A stretch of DNA of 48,506 nt from Nanobdellati archaeon (GTDB taxonomy: Archaea > EX4484-52 > GLR71), in NCBI GenBank assembly GCA_019429125.1, contig JAHYJO010000012.1, positions 1 to 48,506 of the forward strand, read 5' to 3'. The notes below the pieces were generated by a model, which made no database searches, had not been told where the DNA came from, and was given only the letters and a program-made list of their open reading frames with translations. Each line of letters begins with the position of its first letter. Positions within the stretch are counted from its first letter, which is position 1. This document shows positions 10,366-19,870 of this stretch, in pieces. Made by a program: the position numbers and the translations under genes.

Positions 10366-10920
10366 ATGGTTTATGGTGATGTTTATCCAGATATGTCTTT
10401 GTCTGGATATTGTAATATTTTACTTGAGAATGGTTTTTTGAAGGTGTGTGATAATTATGTTCCTGTTGATTTAAATGATATTTCAGGTCCAAAAGTATCT
10501 ATATGGGTTGATGTTGATAAAGGGTATTTTATAGAACTTGTCGGTAATTTGCAAGATGATTGTGTGGCTTTTGCAAATATGTACTATGAGCTTGAGACAC
10601 AAAGAGATTTTGAGTGTGATGAATATGTGCGTAAATGGATGAAGTCTTATTTTGATTGTGTTGAGTCTCGTTTATTGCTTGGTTCTGAAAATACTACGCT
10701 TATTAGGCATGTAAGGAAAGATGTCACATCGGGTTTATCTGAATATTTGTTAGTTTTAGATGAGATTTATGTAGCACTTAAAGGGATTGATTCGTTTGGA
10801 GTGTATGGGGGTTGTGCTTCAATGATTCAAATAAATAGGGATTGGGTACATTTAGATAAACATCCAATATATCCTATGGTTCGGGAAACAATCTTAGATT
10901 ATGATGTAAAAAAGATGTAG
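10366..10920 (+). CDS. Hypothetical protein
   Basis: 184-aa ORF with GGGAG upstream; no recognised motif. Confidence 0.6.
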   Translation: MVYGDVYPDMSLSGYCNILLENGFLKVCDNYVPVDLNDISGPKVSIWVDVDKGYFIELVGNLQDDCVAFANMYYELETQRDFECDEYVRKWMKSYFDCVESRLLLGSENTTLIRHVRKDVTSGLSEYLLVLDEIYVALKGIDSFGVYGGCASMIQINRDWVHLDKHPIYPMVRETILDYDVKKM

Positions 10921-11004
10921 GTCGTTTTTAGATTAAGTGTATTTTGTTTTTCAGATAAATTTATATAACTTATTTATTCATTAATTTTCAGTAGGGTAAT
11001 AATT

Positions 11005-13398
11005 ATGGTGGATGCTAAGATTTCTGAGACAAAATGGGACAAGGCTTTTGAGTCTGAGATTTATGCGAAATGGAAGAAGGATAAGACTTATAAGTTTGAT
11101 AAGGATTCTAAGAAAAAAGTATATTCTATTGATACACCACCACCTTATGTAAACAGTCCTATTCATTTAGGTCATGCGACGACGTATGCGCTCATGGACA
11201 TGTTCGCACGGTACAAACGGATGAAAGGGTTTAATGTGCTTTTTCCGTTGGGTCTTGACAGGAACGGGTTGCCTATTGAGATGGCTGCTGAAAAAAAGTT
11301 CGGTGTAAAGCTTACTGAGACTAAACGCGAGGAATTTTTAGGTTTATGTGAAAAGATTTTAGGTGAGTCATCTGAGATTTCTACGGAATCATTTTTAAGG
11401 TTGGGTATCAGTTTTAATTCTTGGGAAGTTGGCAAAAAAATAGGTGATATGTACCATACTGACTCTGATGATTATAGGACCCTTACTCAGTCTACTTTTA
11501 TTGATCTTTGGAAGAAAGGTATGATACATGAGGATAAAAGGATTAACAATTGGTGTCCTGGATGCCAGACAACTCTTGCTGATTGCGAGATTGAGTATCA
11601 TGAACTGTCTACATTTTTTAATGATATCACGTTTAAGGTAAAAGAAACTGGCGAGGATATAATTATAGGTACCACGCGGCCTGAGCTTGTGTGCAGTTGC
11701 GGTATGGTCATATTTAATCCTGAAGATAAAAGGTATAAACATCTTGAGGGCAAGACTGCTATCACTCCGGTGTTCAATAAGGAGGTCCCCATTCGTGCGC
11801 ATCCGTTTGCAGATATGGGTAAGGGTACAGGTCTTGTTATGATGTGTTCGGCTGGGGACACTACTGATATCAGATTTTTTCGTGAGATGGGGCTCAATCC
11901 AGTTATATCAATTAATAAGGATGGGACTATGAATGGAAATGCTGGGTTCCTTGAAGGTATGAAAGTGCGCGATGCAAGGCTTGCTATGGTTGAGACTCTG
12001 AAAGAAAAAGGACTTCATGCTGGCTCTAAAAGGACTACGCATAGGACTCCTGTCTGTGAAAGGTCAAAAGACGAGGTTGAGTTCATTGAGATGAGTGAGC
12101 TGTACATGAAACAAGTTGACTTTAAAGATGACATGGTCAAGATTGCAAAGAGCGTTAATTTTTATTCTGAGAATTCACGGAAGATACTTCTTGACTGGAT
12201 TGATGGGGTGTCTATTGACTGGCCGATTTCACGGAGACGGTATTATGCAACACCTATACCTCTTTGGTATTGTGCTGATTGCGGGGAAGTTATAGTTCCT
12301 GAAAAATCGGGTGAACTATATAACCCATGGAAAGATAAGTGTCCAATAGATAAGTGTCCTGAGTGTGGCAGTTCTAAATTTAAAGGTGACGAGCGTGTGT
12401 TTGATACATGGTTTGACTCTTCAAATTCACCGCTTTATATATTGAAGTATATGCGTGATGATAAATTTTTCAATAAATCTATGCCTTGTTCGCTTAGGCC
12501 TCAAGGTAAGGAAATTGTAAGGACTTGGCTTTATTATACACTTCTTAAAGGGTATCATCTTGTAGATAAACCTATATTTGATGATGTGTTTGTGCATTTC
12601 CATATATTGGATGAAACTGGTATTAAGATGTCAAAGTCTCTCGGTAATGTGATTGATCCACGTGAGATACTTGAAAAGTTCGGTGCTGAACCTTTCAGGT
12701 TATGGGCTACTGTTGAAGGTAATCTTGACAAGACTGATTTTAGGTGTTCGTATGACAGGATTGAGGGGGCGGGCAAGACTCTTGCTAAATTCTGGAATGT
12801 GTCACGGTTCATTTCTATGTTTGAGGCAAGCGATGCCAAGGCTGAATTCAATGACATTGATTTTTGGATAAGGGGTGAGATGTCGAGACTTGTAAAGCTT
12901 GCTGATACGGGATATACTAAATATGATTTCCATAAGCCTATGATTGAGATTAAACATTTTATCTGGGAAACGTTCTCATCACATTATCTTGAGCTTGTGA
13001 AGAATAGGGCTTATAATTCTGAAGGTAAGTTTACGGCTGGTGAACAGAAGGGTGCGGTCGATACACTCAATTATTGCCTTCGCATGATGTTGAAGATTAC
13101 TGCGCCTGTGTTGCCATTTTTGACTTATAAAATCTATATGGAACTTGATGGTCATGATATACATTTTGAGGATTTTCCTGCTACTGAAAAATGTGTGAAA
13201 TCTAAGTTTGGGACTGACGATATTGTTGCATTAAATGGGATTATATGGAAAGCTAAACAGGGCGCAGGACTATCGCTTAAGAGTGAGATAATTGAAGTTA
13301 TTATGCCTCGCAAGTTTAAGTCTGTTGAGAAAGAGATTATGCTGACACATAATGTTAAAAAGATTGGTTATGGTGATGATGTTAAGGTTACTGTGTAA
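11005..13398 (+). CDS. valS: Valine--tRNA ligase (archaeal type)
   Basis: YSIDTPPPY, HLGH, TTRPEL, GTGLVMMC, DTWFDSS, LRPQGKEIVRTW, KMSKS. Confidence 0.95.
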   Translation: MVDAKISETKWDKAFESEIYAKWKKDKTYKFDKDSKKKVYSIDTPPPYVNSPIHLGHATTYALMDMFARYKRMKGFNVLFPLGLDRNGLPIEMAAEKKFGVKLTETKREEFLGLCEKILGESSEISTESFLRLGISFNSWEVGKKIGDMYHTDSDDYRTLTQSTFIDLWKKGMIHEDKRINNWCPGCQTTLADCEIEYHELSTFFNDITFKVKETGEDIIIGTTRPELVCSCGMVIFNPEDKRYKHLEGKTAITPVFNKEVPIRAHPFADMGKGTGLVMMCSAGDTTDIRFFREMGLNPVISINKDGTMNGNAGFLEGMKVRDARLAMVETLKEKGLHAGSKRTTHRTPVCERSKDEVEFIEMSELYMKQVDFKDDMVKIAKSVNFYSENSRKILLDWIDGVSIDWPISRRRYYATPIPLWYCADCGEVIVPEKSGELYNPWKDKCPIDKCPECGSSKFKGDERVFDTWFDSSNSPLYILKYMRDDKFFNKSMPCSLRPQGKEIVRTWLYYTLLKGYHLVDKPIFDDVFVHFHILDETGIKMSKSLGNVIDPREILEKFGAEPFRLWATVEGNLDKTDFRCSYDRIEGAGKTLAKFWNVSRFISMFEASDAKAEFNDIDFWIRGEMSRLVKLADTGYTKYDFHKPMIEIKHFIWETFSSHYLELVKNRAYNSEGKFTAGEQKGAVDTLNYCLRMMLKITAPVLPFLTYKIYMELDGHDIHFEDFPATEKCVKSKFGTDDIVALNGIIWKAKQGAGLSLKSEIIEVIMPRKFKSVEKEIMLTHNVKKIGYGDDVKVTV

Positions 13399-13503
13399 TT
13401 TTTGAGTGCCATAAACATTTATAAAGATTTATTGTTAAGTTTAGTTACAATTGTCTGCTCGTAATACTACTTAGGTAGGAGAGGGCTAGTTCTTGTGATT
13501 TAT

Positions 13504-13680
13504 ATGAAGTTTGATTTTAAGAAGAAAATAACTGAATGGAAGCGGGTCTTAAGCATAACTAAAAAACCGTCCAAGCAAGAGTTTTCAGCATCTGCAAAAA
13601 TTACAGGAATAGGTATGCTTATGATTGGATTTGTCGGATTTTTGATATATGTATTCGGCAAGGTTACAAATATATTTTAA
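13504..13680 (+). CDS. secE: Protein translocase subunit SecE/Sss1
   Basis: EWKRVLSITKKPSKQEF followed by one TM helix; directly upstream of spt5. Confidence 0.93.
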   Translation: MKFDFKKKITEWKRVLSITKKPSKQEFSASAKITGIGMLMIGFVGFLIYVFGKVTNIF

Positions 13681-13693
13681 GAGGTTATCGATT

Positions 13694-14128
13694 ATGATAT
13701 TTACTGTACGTACAACTGTTGGGCGAGAAAAGACGGCTATTGATTCAATCAATGTAAAAATTCAGGGTTCATTAGGACCTATCAAGGCTGTTATAAGTCC
13801 TGCAGAGCTTAAAGGATATATTTTTGTTGAAGGTGATGATGCCGATTCAGTCACTGAAGCCTTGAGAGCAGTGCCTCATGTTAAAGGTCTTATTAAAAAA
13901 CAGGTTGAGATTGAACAGATTGAAAGTTTCTTTGAAAATAAGGTTGAAATAATACAGTTCAAAGAAGGGGACCTTGTTGAAGTCATAGGGGGACCATTCA
14001 AGAAAGAAAAAGCTAGAGTTACGAGAATTAATGATACGAAGAGAGACGCAAAGGTTGAGCTTGTTGATGCTACGGTTCCAATACCTATCACAATCAAGTT
14101 GGATCTTCTTAAAAAAATAAATAATTGA
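13694..14128 (+). CDS. spt5: Transcription elongation factor Spt5/NusG
   Basis: MIFTVRTTVGRE, LKGYIFVE, KOW motif GDLVEVIGGPFK; GAGGT RBS. Confidence 0.95.
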   Translation: MIFTVRTTVGREKTAIDSINVKIQGSLGPIKAVISPAELKGYIFVEGDDADSVTEALRAVPHVKGLIKKQVEIEQIESFFENKVEIIQFKEGDLVEVIGGPFKKEKARVTRINDTKRDAKVELVDATVPIPITIKLDLLKKINN

Positions 14129-14142
14129 AATGTTGATTGATT

Positions 14143-14889
14143 ATGGGAACAAAAGTAATTGAAACACTTGTTGATGCTGGAAAAGCTTCTGCTGGACCAC
14201 CATTAGGACCAGCTTTAGGACCTATGGGTGTTAATATTGGTAATGTCATTGCTGCTATAAATGAAAAGACCAAAGATTTTTCAGGCATGAAAGTTCCTGT
14301 AAAAGTTATAATTGATGAAGAGACAAAAGAGTTTAAAATTACTATAGGTACTCCTCCTACATCACAGCTAATAAAGAAAGAACTTAATATTTTAAAAGGT
14401 GCACAAAAAACTGGTGAAGAGTTTGTAGCTGATATGAAAATTGAGCAAGCAATAAAGGTTGCAAAGATGAAAATGGATTCTATGGGTGCTAAAGATATTA
14501 AGGCTGCTGTAAAGACTGTCTGTGGTACTTGCCTTTCTATGGGTGTCATGATGGAGGGTAAGTCTGTGAAAGAGGCTCTTGTTGATATTGATAATGGTAT
14601 TTATGATGGTAAGATAATATCTGGAAAGACTGAGCTTACTGCTGAGGAACTTAAAGTGCAGGAAGATGAGAAAAAACAGTTGATTGAAAGCACTAAACTG
14701 ATGCATGCTAAAGAAGAAGAGGTTGCAAAGCAGTTAATATCTCAGATGAAAGGTAAGAGTCCTGAGGAAGTACGACATCGTCTTACTGAGCAGAACATTC
14801 ACAAAGACGTGATTGAAAAATTGCTTCCTAAGACTTCGTCAAAGGATGGCAAGGATGCAGGTAAAGATGCTGCTCCTAAGAAAAAATAA
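14143..14889 (+). CDS. rpl11: 50S ribosomal protein uL11 with long charged C-terminal extension
   Basis: GKASAGPPLGPALGP, GMKVPVKV, GTCLSMGV. Confidence 0.95.
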   Translation: MGTKVIETLVDAGKASAGPPLGPALGPMGVNIGNVIAAINEKTKDFSGMKVPVKVIIDEETKEFKITIGTPPTSQLIKKELNILKGAQKTGEEFVADMKIEQAIKVAKMKMDSMGAKDIKAAVKTVCGTCLSMGVMMEGKSVKEALVDIDNGIYDGKIISGKTELTAEELKVQEDEKKQLIESTKLMHAKEEEVAKQLISQMKGKSPEEVRHRLTEQNIHKDVIEKLLPKTSSKDGKDAGKDAAPKKK

Positions 14890-14914
14890 TATATTGATGG
14901 TTGCGTGATATAAT

Positions 14915-15544
14915 ATGAGTGATATACTAAATGCAATAAAGACTGTAAGGAAAGACACAAAAGAACGAAAATTTACACAGTCTTTTGAAGTTGCTTTAAA
15001 CCTTAAGGGTATTGATTTTAAAAAGCCGGAAAGTAAGTTTAAGGAAGATATAATGTTACCTAATGGTCGTGGTAATCCCTCTATTGTTGGTGTTATTGGT
15101 GACGAATTAGTCTCAAAATCTAAAGGTATCTGTGATGTATTTGTTACGGGTGATGATCTTTCTCGTTTAGAAAAAGATAAAAAACAAGCAAAAACACTTG
15201 TTAACAGTGCTGATTTTTTTATAGCTGAACCTGCGTTCATGGGAAAAGTCGGTAAAGGTCTTGGTAGAATTATGGGTCCTAAAAATAAGATGCCTCAACC
15301 ATTTCCGCCAACTGGTGATCCTAAAGGGCTTGTTGAAAGATTAAAAAAGACTACACGGATTGTATTGAAGGATGCTCCTGTAATACATTGTCTTGTAGGG
15401 AACGAGAAGATGAGTGATGAAGAGCTTGAAGCAAATATTAAACATGTTATCTCTTCAATAACTTCAAAGCTTCCAAATAATCAGCACAATATTAAGTCAT
15501 TATATCTTAAGATGACTATGGGTCCTGCTGTGAAGATTAGGTAA
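14915..15544 (+). CDS. rpl1: 50S ribosomal protein uL1
   Basis: RKFTQSFEVALNLK, LGRIMGPKNKMP, KMTMGPAVKI. Confidence 0.96.
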   Translation: MSDILNAIKTVRKDTKERKFTQSFEVALNLKGIDFKKPESKFKEDIMLPNGRGNPSIVGVIGDELVSKSKGICDVFVTGDDLSRLEKDKKQAKTLVNSADFFIAEPAFMGKVGKGLGRIMGPKNKMPQPFPPTGDPKGLVERLKKTTRIVLKDAPVIHCLVGNEKMSDEELEANIKHVISSITSKLPNNQHNIKSLYLKMTMGPAVKIR

Positions 15545-15555
15545 GGTGTGATATT

Positions 15556-16533
15556 ATGGTTCAACAAGACAAAAAAGATAAGGTAAAGGAACTTACAGAA
15601 CTCATGAATAAATATTCTGTTATTAATTTTTTAGAATTGAGTAAGCTTCCAGCATCACAGATTCATAGCATAAAGAAAGATATCCGAGGTATCTCAAAGG
15701 TTGTTGTTGCAAAAAAAAGAATTATTAAGCTTGCGTTTGAACAATCTGATAAGAAAGATATAGAAAAACTTTTTGATATACCTGTTGCTATTCCTGGTCT
15801 GATATTTTCAAATGAGAATCCATTTAAGTTATTTGGTATCCTTAAGAGAAATAAGGCTGAAGCTTTTGCAAAAGTTGGTGATAAAGCACCACATGATATA
15901 GTGATTCCTGCAGGAGATACTAATCTTGCTCCAGGTCCCATGATAGGCACTTTGCAGAAAGCTAAGGTGGCAGCAAGAATACAAGGGGATAAGATAGTTA
16001 TTGCTTCAGATTCTAAAGTGGCTTCTGAAGGTGATATTATTGATGCTAATCTTTCATCTATTCTTATGCAGCTTGGAATTAAACCTATGGAAATAGGACT
16101 TAATGTGGTTGCAGCATATGAGAATGGTGTCATATTTGATAAGAATACTTTAGATATTGATTTAGGTGCTTACAAGTCAAATTTCATGTTAGCATATATT
16201 AGTTCGTTAAATCTTGCAGTCAGTGCGGTTATAATGAATGGTAGGAGTGTACCTATCTTAGTTGGTAAGGCTCATACGAATGCTTTAAATCTTGCTGTTT
16301 ATGCAAATGTTGCAAATAGTGAAACAATCTCAATGTTTATCTCAAAAGCACAGGCTCAAATGAATTCTGTTGCATCCAGATTACCTGAAAATGCAAGAGG
16401 TAGTGTTGTTGTAACTGCACAGGCTGAACCTGATACAACAGGAGATAAAAAAGAAGAACCTGAATCAAAATCTGTTTCGGAAGAAAAGAAACCTGACGAG
16501 ATGGCTATGGGTCTTGGGTCTCTTTTTGGTTGA
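15556..16533 (+). CDS. rpl10: 50S ribosomal protein uL10 (P0)
   Basis: APHDIVIPAGDTNLAPGP, LGIKPMEIGL, C-terminal GLGSLFG. Confidence 0.96.
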   Translation: MVQQDKKDKVKELTELMNKYSVINFLELSKLPASQIHSIKKDIRGISKVVVAKKRIIKLAFEQSDKKDIEKLFDIPVAIPGLIFSNENPFKLFGILKRNKAEAFAKVGDKAPHDIVIPAGDTNLAPGPMIGTLQKAKVAARIQGDKIVIASDSKVASEGDIIDANLSSILMQLGIKPMEIGLNVVAAYENGVIFDKNTLDIDLGAYKSNFMLAYISSLNLAVSAVIMNGRSVPILVGKAHTNALNLAVYANVANSETISMFISKAQAQMNSVASRLPENARGSVVVTAQAEPDTTGDKKEEPESKSVSEEKKPDEMAMGLGSLFG

Positions 16534-16562
16534 GATAATGACATAATATTGGAGGAATTGAT

Positions 16563-16853
16563 ATGGAATATATATACGCGGCAATGTTACTACATGCTTT
16601 AGGAAATAAGGTTGATGAACCAAGTGTTAAGAAAGTTCTTGATGCAGCGGGTGCTAAAACTGATGATTCAAGAGTTAAGGCTCTAATTGCAGCTCTTGAT
16701 GGTGTTGATATGGAAGAAGCAATAAATACAGCAGCATTAGCACCACAGGTAGCAGTAGCTCCTGTAGCTGCTCCTGTAGCAGCTAAAGAAGAGAAGAAAG
16801 AAGAACCTAAACCTGAAGCAGCAGCGGCAGGTCTTGGTGCTCTATTCGGTTAG
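16563..16853 (+). CDS. rpl12: 50S ribosomal stalk protein P1 (aL12)
   Basis: [11 protein letters not shown], Ala-rich hinge, GLGALFG. Confidence 0.96.
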   Translation: MEYIYAAMLLHALGNKVDEPSVKKVLDAAGAKTDDSRVKALIAALDGVDMEEAINTAALAPQVAVAPVAAPVAAKEEKKEEPKPEAAAAGLGALFG

Positions 16854-16855
16854 AT

Positions 16856-16925
16856 TTTTTGATTTTTGATTTTTCTTTTTTCTTTTTTTTGAAAAGAAGA
16901 TCTTTCTCTTTTTTTTATTTTTTTA
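16856..16925 (+). terminator. Oligo(dT) archaeal terminator region of the ribosomal protein operon
   Basis: Several T6-T8 runs immediately after the rpl12 stop. Confidence 0.5.
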
Positions 16926-16965
16926 TTTTGTTTTCAGTTTTTAATTATATATTTTAGGGGTTATC

Positions 16966-17217
16966 ATGTCTAGGGCTGATAATAAACGTTGCACTAATTG
17001 TAAATTTTTTTTTCTGGCACATAGATGTGATGGTGTTTGTGAATTCTGTACATATCCTGGTTTAATGTGGCAGTATAAGGTAATTAATGGTCGCGTGCCT
17101 ATCTATATGGATTTGGATCAAATAGATGTATTGTCTTGTGAAAATTATGTTTTTAATCCATTTACATATTATATTAATATTTTTTTGTTGCGTTTCTTGA
17201 GAAAAGAGATTGTTTAG
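16966..17217 (+). CDS. Small Cys-rich hypothetical protein
   Basis: RCTNC...CDGVCEFC...SCENY; GGGGT RBS; stop overlaps the rnhB stop. Confidence 0.55.
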   Translation: MSRADNKRCTNCKFFFLAHRCDGVCEFCTYPGLMWQYKVINGRVPIYMDLDQIDVLSCENYVFNPFTYYINIFLLRFLRKEIV

Positions 17218-17861
17218 AAATGGAATAGTTTTGATTGTTTTTTTTCATATATTATATTTTGTGCGGTCTTCCATGAATGCCGGACATATTCTGGAAAGGT
17301 TTTATTCTTTTTAAAATATGATCTTAGGAATTCTTTTGTCTTTGGATCTGCTGGGTAACCTGAGCCTATTGGTTCATTTAGCTCTTTTTCAATCAGTTTT
17401 ATGTTTTTGTCTCTTGTCACTTTGGCTATTATTGATGCTGCTGATACGACTGGGTATCTTTCATCCGCTTTGTGTTCTGCAATCAGGTTTATTTTTCTGT
17501 TGACTTTTGCTTTTAGGCGTTCGGGAAAGTCTGAGTTTCTTTCGGGGAGGTCAAGGTATACTGTATCTGCATCAAGGCTGTTTATTATTTCCGCAAAGGC
17601 GTTCAATTCTATTTCGTTTAGTGATATATTTTTTCTTAAGTTGTCTATATCTTTTGCAGTTATTGTGATTGTTTTTATCTTTGTCGCAATCTTTTTTATT
17701 TCGGTTTGCAGTTCTTCCCGTCTTTTAGGAGATAAGAGCTTTGAATCTTTGATATCAAGCTCTTTTAAGATAATTTCATCCTTTGTCCTTATCTGTATGC
17801 CTGAGAGTGTCATTGGACCAATTACTGGACCTCTGCCTGCTTCATCTAGTCCTATTATCAT
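17214..17861 (-). CDS. rnhB: Ribonuclease HII
   Basis: GLDEAGRGPVIGP, KDSKLL, VSAASIIAKVTRD, GSGYPAD, C-terminal PIP box QSKLFHF. Confidence 0.97.
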   Translation of the reverse strand: MIIGLDEAGRGPVIGPMTLSGIQIRTKDEIILKELDIKDSKLLSPKRREELQTEIKKIATKIKTITITAKDIDNLRKNISLNEIELNAFAEIINSLDADTVYLDLPERNSDFPERLKAKVNRKINLIAEHKADERYPVVSAASIIAKVTRDKNIKLIEKELNEPIGSGYPADPKTKEFLRSYFKKNKTFPEYVRHSWKTAQNIIYEKKQSKLFHF

Positions 17862-17945
17862 ATATATCCTCGGGGTATGCGTTAAGCTTATAAAAATAAG
17901 TATTATATTGTATATATTCTTATTGTATTATATTATTTTTTTAGT

Positions 17946-18020
17946 AGCGGGATGGAATAGCTTGGAGTGTTCGTCGGGCTCATAACCCGAAGGTCAGAGG
18001 TTCAAATCCTCTTCCCGCTA
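17946..18020 (+). tRNA. tRNA-Met(CAT), initiator
   Basis: AGCGGGA/TCCCGCT acceptor stem with A1-U72, anticodon arm TCGGG-CTCATAA-CCCGA with three G-C pairs, T-arm AGAGG-TTCAAAT-CCTCT; no intron, CCA not encoded. Confidence 0.96.
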
Positions 18021-18031
18021 TATTTTTTAAT

Positions 18032-18535
18032 CTAGGGTATTATCCATTGGATAAAAGTTACTACTTTGAGTATACCTTTTGAAAGGAAAATGAGTATTTT
18101 TGTCTTTAAGCTTGCTTTTTTTGTTGTGCTGTATTCTATCTTGTCACTATTTATTGCATCAAGTATTACTTGTGCTGGGTCATTTGAAGATTCAATTGTA
18201 GTCAGGTCTTCAAGTACTGTTTCGTTCAGTTTTAGTGTTATTGTGGCATTTGGGTCTGAACCTTTTTTTATGTATTCAAGGCTTCCGTTATTGGTCGTGA
18301 TTGTGAATACTTGATTTGTTTCAGTAAGTGTTATTTCTAAAATTTCGTTACCTAAGGTGTTTTTTAAGGTTTCCATTGCGTTGTTATCTGGATTTTCTGT
18401 GTTTATATAATCTTTTATTTGATCTACTGTTTCATTGCTTATTTCGATATTTTCAAACTGGTTATAATCAATAGCGGAGACTATTGTAGAACTAAATATT
18501 AACCAAAATACCATTGCTGTTAGCGTTTTTCTCAT
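18032..18535 (-). CDS. Secreted/membrane-anchored hypothetical protein
   Basis: Signal peptide MRKTLTAMVFWLIFSSTIVSA, hydrophobic/basic C-terminal helix. Confidence 0.75.
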   Translation of the reverse strand: MRKTLTAMVFWLIFSSTIVSAIDYNQFENIEISNETVDQIKDYINTENPDNNAMETLKNTLGNEILEITLTETNQVFTITTNNGSLEYIKKGSDPNATITLKLNETVLEDLTTIESSNDPAQVILDAINSDKIEYSTTKKASLKTKILIFLSKGILKVVTFIQWIIP

Positions 18536-18577
18536 ATGTGTATATGTGGTTTGGTTGTTTATATATCTTTGGGGTTT

Positions 18578-18806
18578 ATGGTGCCTAATTGGTGATTTTT
18601 GGTCATTATTGTTGGGATGGTGCCTAATTGTGTCCTTTTTGTAGATTTGTGTTGATTTTAAGATGAATGGGTTTGTCTCTTTTTGGTTTTTTGGTTTTTT
18701 GGTTATGTGTAAGTATATAGTGCCTAACTGCTTGGTTTATTGTTAAATTAAAGTATGGTGACTAACTGTATTTTTTTGTATGTGTTATATGAATAGTGCC
18801 TAATTG
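18578..18806 (+). repeat. Array of five 14-bp boxes ATRGTGMCTAAYTG
   Basis: Copies start at 18578, 18617, 18717, 18755, 18793 (spacing 39, 100, 38, 38). Confidence 0.9.
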
Positions 18807-18865
18807 ATGTTTTTTTCATGTTTTTTTCCGTTAGCTTTATTATCAACCTTTGACCTATTAGTAGT

Positions 18866-19798
18866 ATGGTCTTTGTTTGGCTTGTGAATAAGATTGCAGG
18901 TATATTTAAAAAATATGGGTCTGATATCTCAAAATCTGATGTTGATGAAGATTTCGATATGGTTCTTCAGGTAATTCAGGAAGGTTTCGGAAAGATTAGA
19001 AGTAGGTTTGAAACTGTTGATAATGAAATTAATAATATTCGTGCGGCCGTTCTTTTAAAAGATGTTCATTCTTCAGAGCATGAATCTTTAAGGCAAGATA
19101 TATTATCAAATACTTCTCAATATAATTATATATTAAATAATGTTCATAATTTATATAATCGGATTGATGCTGTTGAACAGAGTGTCGGGGCAGTTAATAA
19201 GTCTAGTGATTCTGAGGAACTTCATCAGATGTATAATAATCTTGATTCTCGTATTCAGTCATCTAATTTAAAAATACAAGAAGAAGTTATGGCTAAAATA
19301 ATTCCACATATTAATGCGATTGAAACTAAGATATCTGATGTTAATTCCAAAAATTATCAGCTTGTTGATGAAATTCGGGTTTTGAAAGAACAGATTAAGA
19401 TGTCTGTAAGATCTTCTGATAACAATGTTATCACAAAGGATAACAATATTGTCTCACCGATTAACAATGTTACCACAACAAATGAGTCATTGGATGTTGT
19501 ATCCCACAGTGTTACAACAGCATTTAAGCCAAGTCGTACGATTATAACATCACGTAATCTTAACAAAGTTTTACCTTCAGCACTTATTCCTACTTTCAAT
19601 GAGTTATTGAATGCTGATAAATTTTTATCTTATTTTGAGCTTGCTAAATTATTGGATAAACGTGAGGCAACTGCTAGAGCTTATGTGAATGATCTTCGTA
19701 ATCGTGGTGTTGCGGTTGAGGAGGAGACACGTGAAAATGGACGAAAACTTGTTAGGCTTGCAAAAGATATACGTCAGCAATATATTATTCCTGAATGA
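18866..19798 (+). CDS. Coiled-coil protein with C-terminal winged helix-turn-helix domain
   Basis: Heptad-rich N-terminal ~180 aa, N/T/V-rich linker, then LLNADKFLSYFELAKLLDKREATARAYVNDLRNRGVAVEEETRENGRKLVRL (HTH plus wing). Confidence 0.85.
   Translation: MVFVWLVNKIAGIFKKYGSDISKSDVDEDFDMVLQVIQEGFGKIRSRFETVDNEINNIRAAVLLKDVHSSEHESLRQDILSNTSQYNYILNNVHNLYNRIDAVEQSVGAVNKSSDSEELHQMYNNLDSRIQSSNLKIQEEVMAKIIPHINAIETKISDVNSKNYQLVDEIRVLKEQIKMSVRSSDNNVITKDNNIVSPINNVTTTNESLDVVSHSVTTAFKPSRTIITSRNLNKVLPSALIPTFNELLNADKFLSYFELAKLLDKREATARAYVNDLRNRGVAVEEETRENGRKLVRLAKDIRQQYIIPE
19421..19519 (+). repeat. Iteron-like 15-bp boxes at 21-bp period inside the wHTH gene
   Basis: AACAATGTTATCACA (19421), AACAATATTGTCTCA (19442), AACAATGTTACCACA (19463), CACAGTGTTACAACA (19505). 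Confidence 0.75.
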
Positions 19799-19870
19799 TT
19801 TATTGGATTCTTTTTTGAGTGTTATAATTTTGTTGTAACAGAGTCATAACCGTGTTCCCACAAGTGTTTG

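Noticed and set aside
18578-18806. CRISPR array
   Set aside because: Repeats are only 14 bp with irregular, low-complexity spacers and no cas genes.
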